Shown here in pieces: positions 39,387 to 48,861 of a stretch of 63,911 bases of DNA. Numbering within the stretch: position 1 is the first letter of the stretch; every line of letters starts with the position of its first letter. Source of the DNA: Bradyrhizobium sp. (GTDB taxonomy: Bacteria; Pseudomonadota; Alphaproteobacteria; Rhizobiales; Xanthobacteraceae); the NCBI RefSeq assembly GCF_019244115.1, contig NZ_JAFATE010000506.1:1-63911 (forward strand). The letters run 5' to 3'. The position numbers were made by a program, and so were the translations under genes. The notes under the pieces were generated by a model, which was not told the DNA's origin, did no database searches, and saw only the letters and a list, made by a program, of their open reading frames with translations.

Positions 39387-40052
39387 TTGGCCAATACCCG
39401 TATCGCTCTGCAATTTGCTCCCGTGACATCACGGGGCCCGATTGGACTGACCCCGAAGAGGATGATCGACATCCTGCTGGCGCTCTCCGGGATTGTGCTT
39501 CTCGCTCCCTTATTGATCATCTGTTTCGTTGTCACCGTCCTCTCATCACCAGGTCCTGCGCTGTTCCGCCACAAGCGCGTCGGCTACAACGGCAAGCACT
39601 TCGACTGCCTCAAATTCCGCACCATGGTAACAGACGCTCCTGAGCGTCTGCATCGGCTGCTGGACACGGACCCGGTGGCAGCCGCCGAATGGGCGGCGAG
39701 CCGCAAGTTGCGCTACGACCCCCGGATCACGGCGATCGGCTCCCTCCTGCGCAAGTCGAGCCTGGACGAACTCCCCCAGCTGTTCAACGTTCTCAAGGGC
39801 GACATGAGCATCGTTGGACCTCGGCCGATTACGGACGAGGAACTCGAGAGGTACGAAAGCTGCGTCGGCGCGTATCTGGCATGCCGGCCAGGCATAACCG
39901 GGCTGTGGCAGGTCAGCGGCCGAAGCTCGGTGACATACGGCAAGCGCGTGGCTTGCGACACGTTCTACGCTCGCAACTGGTCGATGGCTCTCGACATCAA
40001 GATCATGATTGTCACGATCCCATCCCTCCTGGCTTCCGACAGCGCGTTCTAA
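39387..40052 (+). CDS. exoY: priming undecaprenyl-phosphate glycosyl-1-phosphate transferase, ExoY-like
   Basis: PIG..KRMIDI, CLKFRTM, EWAASRKLRYDPRIT, LRKSSLDELPQL, GPRP, PGITGLWQVSGR; TTG start with GAGGT upstream. Confidence 0.9.
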   Translation: MANTRIALQFAPVTSRGPIGLTPKRMIDILLALSGIVLLAPLLIICFVVTVLSSPGPALFRHKRVGYNGKHFDCLKFRTMVTDAPERLHRLLDTDPVAAAEWAASRKLRYDPRITAIGSLLRKSSLDELPQLFNVLKGDMSIVGPRPITDEELERYESCVGAYLACRPGITGLWQVSGRSSVTYGKRVACDTFYARNWSMALDIKIMIVTIPSLLASDSAF

Positions 40053-40382
40053 CCTCCGCGGCGCGAGGCCAGGTGCGCCGCTAGCGGGCTTTCGCTGACC
40101 CGGCAGCGGTCTCGGCCAGCATGATGCTCGATCACGCCCCCAAGCGGTGCTCGCCCCTCCGGCCTCGTCGCAAGGCGCAGACCATGAGCGGCGTTACTAC
40201 GGCGACCACGGTCGCCTGACCCGAAAAATCCCGTCGTGACCGACAATAGTGGCTGAAAAGTCGCTGCACGCAGTGGTATAAGCATGCCAATGGGCACTTC
40301 TTTTACGTTAATTCCTCCTTGAGATTGCTGGCAGCGCTCGTTTGCAGGTACTCATGCGAGGTCAGACAGCGGCACCCCCCAA

Positions 40383-40595
40383 ATGAGCCACCTGAAACCG
40401 ATCAACCTGCAGGATCCGCGGGGCAAGGTTCGACCCTCATCCGCGTCGGTGGGGAGAAAGATTGTGATCGTATCGCTGGCGATCGTGATCGTGTCCGCGA
40501 CGATCGCATGGTGCTACCTTCTCGGCTGGGGAGTTGTCGAAATCTTGCGCCTGGGTGGGACCGCGCTCTACTGGCTCTGGCCGACGTTCTTCTGA
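40383..40595 (+). CDS. small membrane protein (70 aa)
   Basis: Hydrophobic segment IVIVSLAIVIVSATIAWCYLLGW; lies between exoY and galE. Confidence 0.55.
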   Translation: MSHLKPINLQDPRGKVRPSSASVGRKIVIVSLAIVIVSATIAWCYLLGWGVVEILRLGGTALYWLWPTFF

Positions 40596-40696
40596 CGTCC
40601 AGGCCCGCCGGCTCGTGGGGGGTCGGGCGTGAACTTTCGCCATCATCGATCACGAGAACAGCATCATCATCACAGCCGACCCGGAGCTTCCGGCCA

Positions 40697-41674
40697 ATGA
40701 CAAACATTCTGGTGGCAGGCGGAGCCGGCTACATCGGCGCGCACACCTGTGTTGACCTGTTCAACAAGGGCTTCCGGCCCATCGTCTACGACAATCTTTC
40801 GAACGGTCACGCCGAATTCGTCAAATGGGGACCGCTGGAGATTGGTGACATCCGCGACCGGCGCAGGCTTGACGAAGTCTTTGCGAAATACCGGCCTGCG
40901 GCCATCATCCATTTCGCCGCGGCAATCGAGGTCGGTGAATCGGTCCGCGACCCCGCCGCCTATTTCGACAACAATGTCGGCGGAACGCTCACCTTGCTGC
41001 GGGCAGCGCAGTCGGCCGGCATCGACAAAATCGTGTTTTCCTCGACCTGCGCGACATACGGGGTGCCTTCAGCGATCCCGATGAGCGAGGCCCACCCGCA
41101 ATCGCCGATCAATCCCTACGGTCGCAGCAAGCTCATCGTCGAGCAGATGTTGCAGGACCTCGATCGCTACCAGGGCTTTCGGTCCTTTGTCCTGCGCTAC
41201 TTCAATGCGGCCGGGGCAGACCCGGACGGTCGAATTGGCGAATGGCATCTGCCAGAGACGCATGCGATTCCGATTGCAATGGATGCGGCACTCGGCCGGC
41301 GGCCGCACTTCGAGGTCCTCGGCACCGACTACGACACGCGCGACGGCTCCTGCGTCCGCGATTTCGTTCACGTCCTCGACCTTGCCGACGCCCATACGCG
41401 CGCAATCGCCCATCTGCTGAATGGCGGCCCAAGCCACGCCGTCAATCTCGGGACCGGCCAGGGGACGACGGTGAACGAGCTGCTAGCCGCCATTCGGCGC
41501 GTCGTCGGCCGCGATTTTCCGATTAAGTACAGCCCGCGTCGGCCCGGCGACTCACCTGAACTGGTCGCCGACAACAGGCTCGCCGGTTGCACGCTCGGCT
41601 GGTCTCCTAGGCACGATCTGCGATCGATCATCGAAACAGCGTGGAAGTGGCACGCGAACCACCTTCCACATTGA
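40697..41674 (+). CDS. galE: UDP-glucose 4-epimerase GalE (ExoB)
   Basis: LVAGGAGYIGAH, VFSSTCATYG, NPYGRSK, LRYFNAAGAD, DGSCVRDFVHV, RRPGD. Confidence 0.96.
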   Translation: MTNILVAGGAGYIGAHTCVDLFNKGFRPIVYDNLSNGHAEFVKWGPLEIGDIRDRRRLDEVFAKYRPAAIIHFAAAIEVGESVRDPAAYFDNNVGGTLTLLRAAQSAGIDKIVFSSTCATYGVPSAIPMSEAHPQSPINPYGRSKLIVEQMLQDLDRYQGFRSFVLRYFNAAGADPDGRIGEWHLPETHAIPIAMDAALGRRPHFEVLGTDYDTRDGSCVRDFVHVLDLADAHTRAIAHLLNGGPSHAVNLGTGQGTTVNELLAAIRRVVGRDFPIKYSPRRPGDSPELVADNRLAGCTLGWSPRHDLRSIIETAWKWHANHLPH

Positions 41675-41745
41675 AACGATCTCGTTCCTATGATACCGTA
41701 CCTTCCTCATAATACCGCAAACCGCTTCAAATGCTCGCGCGCTCG

Positions 41746-41760
41746 TTAGCGTCGCCTTAA
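41746..41760 (-). promoter_or_regulatory. CtrA-like box upstream of the BTLCP gene
   Basis: Minus strand TTAA-GGCGACG-CTAAC, one mismatch to TTAA-N7-TTAAC. Confidence 0.4.
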
Positions 41761-41835
41761 TGCCGCCACGGGATAATCAGCTGATCATTCGGCACGCCGC
41801 TTGGCGATCGCATCCTCTTGACCAGGTGACATATT

Positions 41836-42492
41836 ATGGCGCGACCCCGAGCAACGATATCGCTGTTAGCGGCGCTTGCGGGCTGTCTCTTTTCAGGGAA
41901 CGCCGAGGCTCGCAACCGCATTGCGCCGGAATCGGATACTTCTTCGGGAATCGTCGAAGCATTCCCCGTTCTGGCTCCATTCCAGCACGTTCGTTTCTGC
42001 ATTCGCTATCCTGGCGATTGCAAATCGAACCCGAACGAAGCTGATCGTCTCGAGCTCAATGATGAGACCTCAGCGCTCCTGAAGCGAATCAACGGCCGCG
42101 TCAACGCTGCCATTGCCCCGGCCCTCAAGAGCTACGGCTCGAATCTCGCGGATCGCTGGACGATCGCACCTACGAGCGGAGACTGCAACGACTATGCCGT
42201 GACAAAGCGGCACGAGCTCGTCGCGAGCGGCCTGCCGGGACGCGCACTACGGCTATCCGTAGTGAAGACAGCGTCGGGAGCAGGACACCTCGTCCTTGTT
42301 GCCGCGACCACAAACGGCGACCTGGTGCTCGACAATCTGACGGATGCAATTCGTCCGTGGCAGAGAACGGGCTATGAATGGCTCAAGATCCAATCGAGCC
42401 GAGACGCAAAGTTCTGGTCCGGCCTCAAGGCGTCGCGCGCTGCTCCGGCCGTGTCGCAGGACCAACGCAAGCTGCGGTTCGCCGATCGCTAG
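41836..42492 (+). CDS. bacterial transglutaminase-like cysteine peptidase (BTLCP; HvyA/LapG family), exported
   Basis: Signal peptide; catalytic triad motifs GDCNDYAVTKR, GHLVL, VLDNL. Confidence 0.92.
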   Translation: MARPRATISLLAALAGCLFSGNAEARNRIAPESDTSSGIVEAFPVLAPFQHVRFCIRYPGDCKSNPNEADRLELNDETSALLKRINGRVNAAIAPALKSYGSNLADRWTIAPTSGDCNDYAVTKRHELVASGLPGRALRLSVVKTASGAGHLVLVAATTNGDLVLDNLTDAIRPWQRTGYEWLKIQSSRDAKFWSGLKASRAAPAVSQDQRKLRFADR

Positions 42493-42518
42493 CCGAGCTC
42501 CGCCGCGCGTCGCGGCCG

Positions 42519-43925
42519 TCACGCAGCGTTCGCCGACAGTGGCGAGCGCTCCTTGTCCGGTGCCGACTCCGCCGACGCGCGCGCGAGACCGCAGCCAAGC
42601 AGAATGCCGAATACAATGAGATAGCCGGGAATCTGCAGCGAAAAATCGATCAGCGAGTGCAGGTAGCTAAGGACGGCTATTCCCGCGATGGCCGATAGCG
42701 CGCTCCGACTGCGGCCTTGCGAACGAAGCGCCGCCCGGGCGAGAATCAGAAACGAGACGACTGCGGCTAGAATGACGATCGCAGCAATCGGCAGTCCCAT
42801 TTCGACGGCTATTTCGACAATCGTCGAATGCGCATACTCCCAAACACCCCAGGAACTGAGATCGGTGCTGCGCAGTGAAGGGAAGATGTCGGCGAAGGTG
42901 CCGATACCCGACCCGAGCAGCGGCCGCTGCCGGATCGCATCGATACACAATCCGTACACCGACCAGCGGCCGTCGTCGAACAGTCCGCGGGTGCCGATGC
43001 TACTGGTCTGGCCGAGCCAGATGACAACCAGCACCAGCGCCACGACGCCCGAACCGAGAATGTACCACAGCCGCGTCTTCAGCCTGTTGGCGATCATCAG
43101 GCCGATCGCCGTGAGCAGGCCCAACGATGCGCAGATCAGTCCGCCGCGCGAGCCGGTGAACAGCAAGGCGAAGAAGCACACGAGGCCCGCGCCCGAGCGG
43201 AGAATGAGTTCGAACGCCACACGCTCGCTCGAGGGCAGCAGCAGCAACAGCCGGATCGACGAGATTCGAAGCGATTGCAGCGAAAGGCCGGCCGAACAGA
43301 ACCAGAGGATCGCCCCGGCGCCCACCAGGGTCGCGGCGGTGTTGTGGTTGACAAAGGTCGCGGTCAGAAATCCGCGGTAGGCGACCTTGGGTGACCACAA
43401 GAGCAGGCTCGGCGTAAGGGCGAGTGCGAGGATCCCGTAGATCGCATAAAGCAGGATCGCCGATTGCGCGAAGCTGACGAGAAGATCGCTGTTGCGCCGC
43501 GACGTGGCGGCGAAGAAACCGCTGGCAAGGGAGGTGACGAGGAGCAGAAAACGTCCCAGCGCCTCCGGCGGGATCTCGGCGCGGGTCGAAATCCGCGGCA
43601 AGGCGCCCAGTCCCAGCAGGCTGTTGACGCGCTGCCAGATCGGATCGTCGAGCGCCTCGATCAGATGCGGCGCGACCTGCACGATCGCGACAACGGCATA
43701 GGCGGCGCAGACGGCAAGAAAGCCTGCAAGCACGCCGCGCTGCGCGGTTCCGGGCTGCTCTGCGACGCCGCAGAAGGTGCTGATCGAGAGCAACATCGCC
43801 CAGATCGCGATCCACACCCGGTCGACCGACCCGAAGAACAGTGGCGCAAGCACAAGCGCCGCAATGGTACCGCAGAGCTGGACCCACTTGAGCGCCTCGA
43901 TTGCTGACTTCGACAGACCAGTCAT
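42519..43925 (-). CDS. O-antigen ligase / Wzy-C family membrane protein
   Basis: Multi-TM; TFVNHN, TGSRGG, RPLLGSGIGTF, YAHS, LHSLIDFSLQIP. Confidence 0.9.
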   Translation of the reverse strand: MTGLSKSAIEALKWVQLCGTIAALVLAPLFFGSVDRVWIAIWAMLLSISTFCGVAEQPGTAQRGVLAGFLAVCAAYAVVAIVQVAPHLIEALDDPIWQRVNSLLGLGALPRISTRAEIPPEALGRFLLLVTSLASGFFAATSRRNSDLLVSFAQSAILLYAIYGILALALTPSLLLWSPKVAYRGFLTATFVNHNTAATLVGAGAILWFCSAGLSLQSLRISSIRLLLLLPSSERVAFELILRSGAGLVCFFALLFTGSRGGLICASLGLLTAIGLMIANRLKTRLWYILGSGVVALVLVVIWLGQTSSIGTRGLFDDGRWSVYGLCIDAIRQRPLLGSGIGTFADIFPSLRSTDLSSWGVWEYAHSTIVEIAVEMGLPIAAIVILAAVVSFLILARAALRSQGRSRSALSAIAGIAVLSYLHSLIDFSLQIPGYLIVFGILLGCGLARASAESAPDKERSPLSANAA

Positions 43926-43955
43926 CGTGACGCGATTGAAGCGTTTGGTTTCAGT

Positions 43956-45164
43956 TCACCACCTGGTCTTTACGGCCGTGTTCACGTTCGTCACCGAGTT
44001 CGCGGTGTTGGAGACCGAATTTGCGGTGTTGTTAACGAGCGTCAGGAACTTGTAGTAGTCCACGACCTTGGCGTTGGCGACGTACATCACGTCCTTGGTC
44101 CGCATCTGGAAGGTCGACGCAAGCAGCAATCCCGAGGGATCACGCAAGTTTATGTGGTAAATCGTCGGAACACTGTCGGTGATGAACCGCGACGTGTCGA
44201 TGCCGAGCCGCTGCAGGAAGGGGCGATCCTCATGCCGATAGACGTAGACCTCACTCGGATCGGACTGCTGATCGTTGAGCCCGCCCGCCTTGCCCATGGC
44301 CTGGGCCAATGTCAGCGTCTCCGTATCGAACGCAATCTCCGAGTTGAAGCCGAAGACGTTCTGGTTGAGCGCACCAAGCGCGGTGAAGGTCGGCGACTCG
44401 CGCGTGATGAAGATTACGTCGTTCGGGCGAATGAAGATGTTTTCGCTCGGGTCGTGCACGATGCGGCTGAGCAGAACCTTGACCCGCCTGCCGTCACGCT
44501 GCAGCGTCACGTAGCTCTCGATCGCCTCGAATTTCGGTCCACCGGCTCGGGCGATCAGGTTCAGTATGCGCTCGCCGACGCTGTTGAGCGACAGCACGCC
44601 GGGGGTGTTCACATCCCCGAGCACGCTGACGATGCTGGAATGCTGCTCGGCCAGCCTGACGACCACCTGCGGCTCGATCGCGCGATTGCGGAGACGGGCC
44701 ACGATCGCGTCCTGAATTTCCGGAATTGTGCGCGCCGCGGCCGGGATCTCGCCGGCATAGGGAACGGCGATGTTGCCCTTCTGGTCGACCGCCTGCGCCG
44801 GCAGGTCGACGAAGTTGCCCGGGCGGGCGCCTGCCGCCTGTGCCGGGGTGAACAAGCCTCCCGGCGCGGCCTCGAAGATCGAGACGTTGAGCACGTCGCC
44901 AACGCCGACGACCTGGACCGGCTTGGGGCGCTTGTCGGAGAACGCTCCCTTGAAGGTCACCAAGTTCGGCTGCGACAGGAAACCGATCGTGTCTGCCGAG
45001 ATGTCAACGAGCGCGTAAGGCAGCGCGGCGTTGGACCGAATGCCGGAGGTGGCCTGGGTCTCGACGGCATCGCTCTTTGGTCCCGTTCCGGGCAGAAGCG
45101 AGCACGCGGGCAGCAGCGCAACCGCGACGAGTGCCAGGAGTGGATTTCCAAGCCGTTTCAGCAT
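43956..45164 (-). CDS. outer-membrane polysaccharide export lipoprotein (Wza/PssN/CtrA-type OPX)
   Basis: Lipobox LPAC, GVGDVLNVSIFEA, VPYAG, AIEPQVVV, VLGDVNTPG, AGGLND. Confidence 0.93.
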   Translation of the reverse strand: MLKRLGNPLLALVAVALLPACSLLPGTGPKSDAVETQATSGIRSNAALPYALVDISADTIGFLSQPNLVTFKGAFSDKRPKPVQVVGVGDVLNVSIFEAAPGGLFTPAQAAGARPGNFVDLPAQAVDQKGNIAVPYAGEIPAAARTIPEIQDAIVARLRNRAIEPQVVVRLAEQHSSIVSVLGDVNTPGVLSLNSVGERILNLIARAGGPKFEAIESYVTLQRDGRRVKVLLSRIVHDPSENIFIRPNDVIFITRESPTFTALGALNQNVFGFNSEIAFDTETLTLAQAMGKAGGLNDQQSDPSEVYVYRHEDRPFLQRLGIDTSRFITDSVPTIYHINLRDPSGLLLASTFQMRTKDVMYVANAKVVDYYKFLTLVNNTANSVSNTANSVTNVNTAVKTRW

Positions 45165-45294
45165 GCCCAATTGTCTCGCTTTTCGTCGATTGCGGTTGTC
45201 GAAATCGCGCGGCCAGACAAGCAGCGCCACGTGATCGTCCCCAAAAACCGCAAATCGCGCCCCTCAAGTGCCATATCAGTATCGAGCCGCACCG

Positions 45295-45309
45295 CTAACT
45301 TGATGTTAA
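45295..45309 (-). promoter_or_regulatory. CtrA-like box upstream of wza
   Basis: Minus strand TTAA-CATCAAG-TTAGC, one mismatch to TTAA-N7-TTAAC. Confidence 0.4.
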
Positions 45310-45867
45310 TTAGCCGAAAAACAGCCCGCTAAAATCCGTGTCATCGGGACCCTACAGGGCGATTCTCCCGCATCAAAGCGCGGAGTTCCTCGCCGCCCCT
45401 GATTTGCGGAACAAGTTGCAATCAGGCCACACCGCCGTCATCTCCCATTCAAAATAAAACGTTTGGCGCACAAGCGCTTAGTGGCGAATCAGAGAAGTTC
45501 CGGTATTATCGTCGCTGGGGGCTGTGGACAGGAAATTACTTCACATAGAGGAGATCTACGCCAACCGCCTCACTATCGCCGGCATCGCTGAGAAGCTGGA
45601 GTTTGGCTGTCGCGATTTTGTCATGAACATGCCGCTTGAACTGCCGGGATCGTTCGCTACAACGCCATGTGAATTTCGTGAGCCTGTCGCGATGGTGCGG
45701 AACCAAGACTGCAATGGTCCGCTTGAGGTGATATCAATGGATGATATCGACAGGGTGTAGAGCCGTACAATTTTAGGCGGTACTCGCGCGGGGATGCGCG
45801 TGAGCTTGCGCCGCCGCGTGGATTGTGGCTAAATTTCGTTAAAGAACGAAACGACGGGGACACTGGA

Positions 45868-46122
45868 ATGCTATTCGCGGCCATTGCGCTCGCATTGGTG
45901 GGATTCGTGGTCGGCGTTGTGTTCCGATTCAAGGTGCTGTTGCCGATCCTCCTGCTACTGCTTCTCGTCTCGATCATCGTTTCGGTTGGCCGCGGCTTTG
46001 GCTTTGGCGATTCGGTGCTCACCGTCTTCGTTGCCCAGACCATCATCCAGTCCAGCTATTTTCTCGGGCTGGTGGCGCGTGCGGTGTTCTCGGCAACCGA
46101 CCGCATGCGGCAGATTCTCTGA
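45868..46122 (+). CDS. small hydrophobic membrane protein, possibly ExoX/SyrA/Psi-like
   Basis: 84 aa, three hydrophobic segments, QTIIQSSYFLG resembles the ExoX LIQVGYFLA motif. Confidence 0.65.
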   Translation: MLFAAIALALVGFVVGVVFRFKVLLPILLLLLLVSIIVSVGRGFGFGDSVLTVFVAQTIIQSSYFLGLVARAVFSATDRMRQIL

Positions 46123-46146
46123 CCTGCGGACATTGCGCCAGGCAGC

Positions 46147-47352
46147 TCAGAGCTTCTGGCATTCCGAGTAGAACGCACCATTGGCGGCCTCCGTCCGCTC
46201 CAGGCATTGCGCGAGCTCGGTGACGTTACCCCCGACAGTAAAGTCATACCCCTGCCCTCTCAACGCCAGGACGTAGCGGCCAGGGGCAAGGGTGAAATCC
46301 GCTTTTTCCGGCTGCACCAGCAGCATCTCGGGATTGCCGGCCACCGGCCGCACCCTGAATTCGTAGGACACGTTGCGGATGCTCCAGGTGTCGCTGACGG
46401 GCAGAAGCTGCGGCTTGCCTTTGGCGTCGAAGCTCAGGGCCCGAACCACGCGAGCAACCACGCGGACCTCGATGCGGTCGGGCGCATTGCCGACGAGGTC
46501 GCGGCGAAACAGGATGAACTTGGCTTTGCCGTCAGGCAGCGTCGTCAGGCTCGGCTGATTCACCGGCGTCGACACCGCGATCCGCTTGTCCGGCACCTGT
46601 GTGGAGAGAGCGGTGAGTTCGCTGAGCGCGCCATTGCTGAGGACGTAGACGCCGTAGTCGCTCGGCAGCGGAAACGGCGGCTTGCTCGGCGGCGGGGCCG
46701 GCTTCGCATCAGCGGCCGCCACCCCCGCAGCGCCGGGATCGGCCGCCGGCGGTTTGACGTCGGCCCCGGTCAGGGCCGCGCTCGCGCGATCAAACCATTC
46801 GGGCAGGCTTTGCTTGTTGTAGGCGAGCGTCACCACCAGGCCGAACAGCAGCATGCCGACCGAGAAGCGGAGCAGCATGGATGCCAGGGCCGCCGGCCGC
46901 TGCTCCAGCACGATCCGCAGCTCCTGGTGCGAACGCTCCGGCGGCAGAATGTCCCCGTCGGCCGGGCTCACCGGATAGACGCTCGCCCGCATCGACGTTC
47001 CGGACGGTCCGTCAGCGGTGGGGCCTGCGAGCGCAATCTGCAGGCTCGGCGCCGGCGGCGGCGCCAGCGCTGGCCGCTCGTTATCCCCGTGCCGCACCGA
47101 AAAGGCCTCCACGCCCTTGATCGCCGTCTCCAGCGCGCCGAGGAGGCGCTTGCGTTCGCCCTCGTCGGCGATCGACGAATCGATCTTCAGCCTGGCGCGG
47201 GCATATTCATAGACGGTGGCGCGCATCCGCGCGGGGTCGTCTTTCACGCCATCGATCAGGCGCGAGAGAATGAGCGCATATTCGATCTCCTGCCCATGCG
47301 GCGAGACCGGCTCGTCCGGGGTGATGCTGGCAATATTCGAATTCACGGCCAC
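46147..47352 (-). CDS. hypothetical single-pass membrane protein
   Basis: 401 aa; helical N-domain, one TM, Pro-rich linker, beta-rich C-domain ending C-x12-C. Confidence 0.8.
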   Translation of the reverse strand: MAVNSNIASITPDEPVSPHGQEIEYALILSRLIDGVKDDPARMRATVYEYARARLKIDSSIADEGERKRLLGALETAIKGVEAFSVRHGDNERPALAPPPAPSLQIALAGPTADGPSGTSMRASVYPVSPADGDILPPERSHQELRIVLEQRPAALASMLLRFSVGMLLFGLVVTLAYNKQSLPEWFDRASAALTGADVKPPAADPGAAGVAAADAKPAPPPSKPPFPLPSDYGVYVLSNGALSELTALSTQVPDKRIAVSTPVNQPSLTTLPDGKAKFILFRRDLVGNAPDRIEVRVVARVVRALSFDAKGKPQLLPVSDTWSIRNVSYEFRVRPVAGNPEMLLVQPEKADFTLAPGRYVLALRGQGYDFTVGGNVTELAQCLERTEAANGAFYSECQKL

Positions 47353-47629
47353 AACCGGCTTGTCACATGATCTGCCGACGACATGTCAACCATTTGACCT
47401 AACGCAGTTTTTCATCAAGCTTCGTTCCAGCCGATTGGCTTTGCAGGCAGCGTTCCGAAAACAACCAAAGCGGCATTCTTACCCTGCGCGCTCTCACTCT
47501 CCTTTTCGATTCGGCCACAGCCTCGAAAGGAAAGCCCACCGCATGCCCTTGGCGATGGCGGAGGTTACAGTCTATTGTGCCTCCGACCAAGCTCCACCGT
47601 CCACCAGGGACGCATTTCGGGATCAGCAC

Positions 47630-47914
47630 ATGCCGCACGCCTCCAAAATCGCCCTCGCCGCCCTCCTCGCCCTGCTGGCCGGCCTGTCGAACCCGGCCGA
47701 GGCGCGCGGACGCCACTACCCCCTGACCCGCTGCGGCCCCGATCTCGAATCGCTCTGCCCGATCCACGGCTCTTTCGACGGCGCCCCCTTCCACTACCAC
47801 GTGGCGGTCTATCCCGGCTGCGTCCGCGTCGCGTCCGTCGAGACGCGGCATGGCCTGCGCCACCGGCCCGTGCTGGTCTGCGACGTCGTTCAGCGCCCGA
47901 TGATCTGGTGGTAA
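47630..47914 (+). CDS. small secreted Cys-containing hypothetical protein
   Basis: Signal peptide ending AEA; four Cys. Confidence 0.7.
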   Translation: MPHASKIALAALLALLAGLSNPAEARGRHYPLTRCGPDLESLCPIHGSFDGAPFHYHVAVYPGCVRVASVETRHGLRHRPVLVCDVVQRPMIWW

Positions 47915-48009
47915 GCCATCAGAACCGCAACCTGGGCATTGCGAGCCTCCGTCAAGCGGTGGCGCCGGCACATCACCGCGGTCGGACGCCCTTGCCGGGG
48001 AGATGACAC

Positions 48010-48219
48010 ATGGAATGGGTTCTGTTGGTTTCGCTGCAATGGATCGTCTATGGCAGCCCGACGCCGCCGACGACCGTGCAGATCACGTCGTTTCCGTCCG
48101 AGGAGCTTTGCAACAAGGCGGCCGAGGCTATCAGGACCGAGATCAATGCGCCGATTGCCGGCCAGCTCCGCGCCCAGACGCTGGGACGCGTGGTCTGCCT
48201 GCTGCGCAAGGACAAGTGA
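48010..48219 (+). CDS. small hypothetical protein
   Basis: GGAG upstream, hydrophobic N-terminus, FPSEELC..A motif and terminal VCL. Confidence 0.65.
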   Translation: MEWVLLVSLQWIVYGSPTPPTTVQITSFPSEELCNKAAEAIRTEINAPIAGQLRAQTLGRVVCLLRKDK

Positions 48220-48231
48220 GCGAAGCGTTGG

Positions 48232-48861
48232 TCATGCGCTCAGCCGGTCGGACGTGACCTGCCACCAGTCGCTGATCAAGGCGAGGCGCCGCTTGTAATT
48301 CGCGGAGGAATCGGCCACCGGCCTGTCCTTCGCCGGAATGGCCGCCTCGATCCGGCTAATCGCCCGCGCGGCGTCCTGGGCGTCGTCCTGGCCGCTGAAG
48401 CGATAGCTCTCAAAGCCGCGGTAATTCGGCATCATGTGCTGAAAGCCGAGATGCGCCAGCCAGCCGAGCTGCAACAGCTCGGTCACTGAAAGGTCGAGGC
48501 GGATGCGGCCCGCCGCCGGCGCCTTGCGCCGCACGCCCGCGCCATGGCCCCTGAGCCAGCAGGCTTCGCCGATCGCGTTGCCGAGAATCCAGAGTTGCGC
48601 ATGCACCGGATCGGTCGCCTTCGCCTTGCCGGTGGTGCGGCGCCGCGCCGGCGTCGCCCCTACGGCCGCCATCGCCTTCTCCACATCGGGCGGCAGCGCG
48701 CCACCCTCGAGCTGGCAATGGGAGCTCACCCCCCGCGCCATCTCGCGCATGGCCTCTTCAATGCCCTGGCGACGCCCGGACTCGAAATAGGATCGCGCGC
48801 TCGACCACGCAGCCACCATCAGGGCGACGATGAGGCCGCCCAACATCAAAAGAATATCCAC
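48232..48861 (-). CDS. hypothetical protein with N-terminal TM segment
   Basis: Protein-like from VDILLMLGG (GTG 48861); the longer ORF extension looks non-coding. Confidence 0.7.
   Translation of the reverse strand: MDILLMLGGLIVALMVAAWSSARSYFESGRRQGIEEAMREMARGVSSHCQLEGGALPPDVEKAMAAVGATPARRRTTGKAKATDPVHAQLWILGNAIGEACWLRGHGAGVRRKAPAAGRIRLDLSVTELLQLGWLAHLGFQHMMPNYRGFESYRFSGQDDAQDAARAISRIEAAIPAKDRPVADSSANYKRRLALISDWWQVTSDRLSA

Noticed and set aside
45524-45760. 78-aa plus-strand ORF in the wza upstream region
   Set aside because: No motif or clear RBS; more likely regulatory DNA
44154-47370. 392-aa and 387-aa plus-strand ORFs
   Set aside because: Antisense shadows of wza and of the 401-aa membrane protein
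6850-47400. EPS locus as an integrative mobile island
   Set aside because: No integrase, transposase, tRNA or flanking direct repeat seen; only a compositional impression
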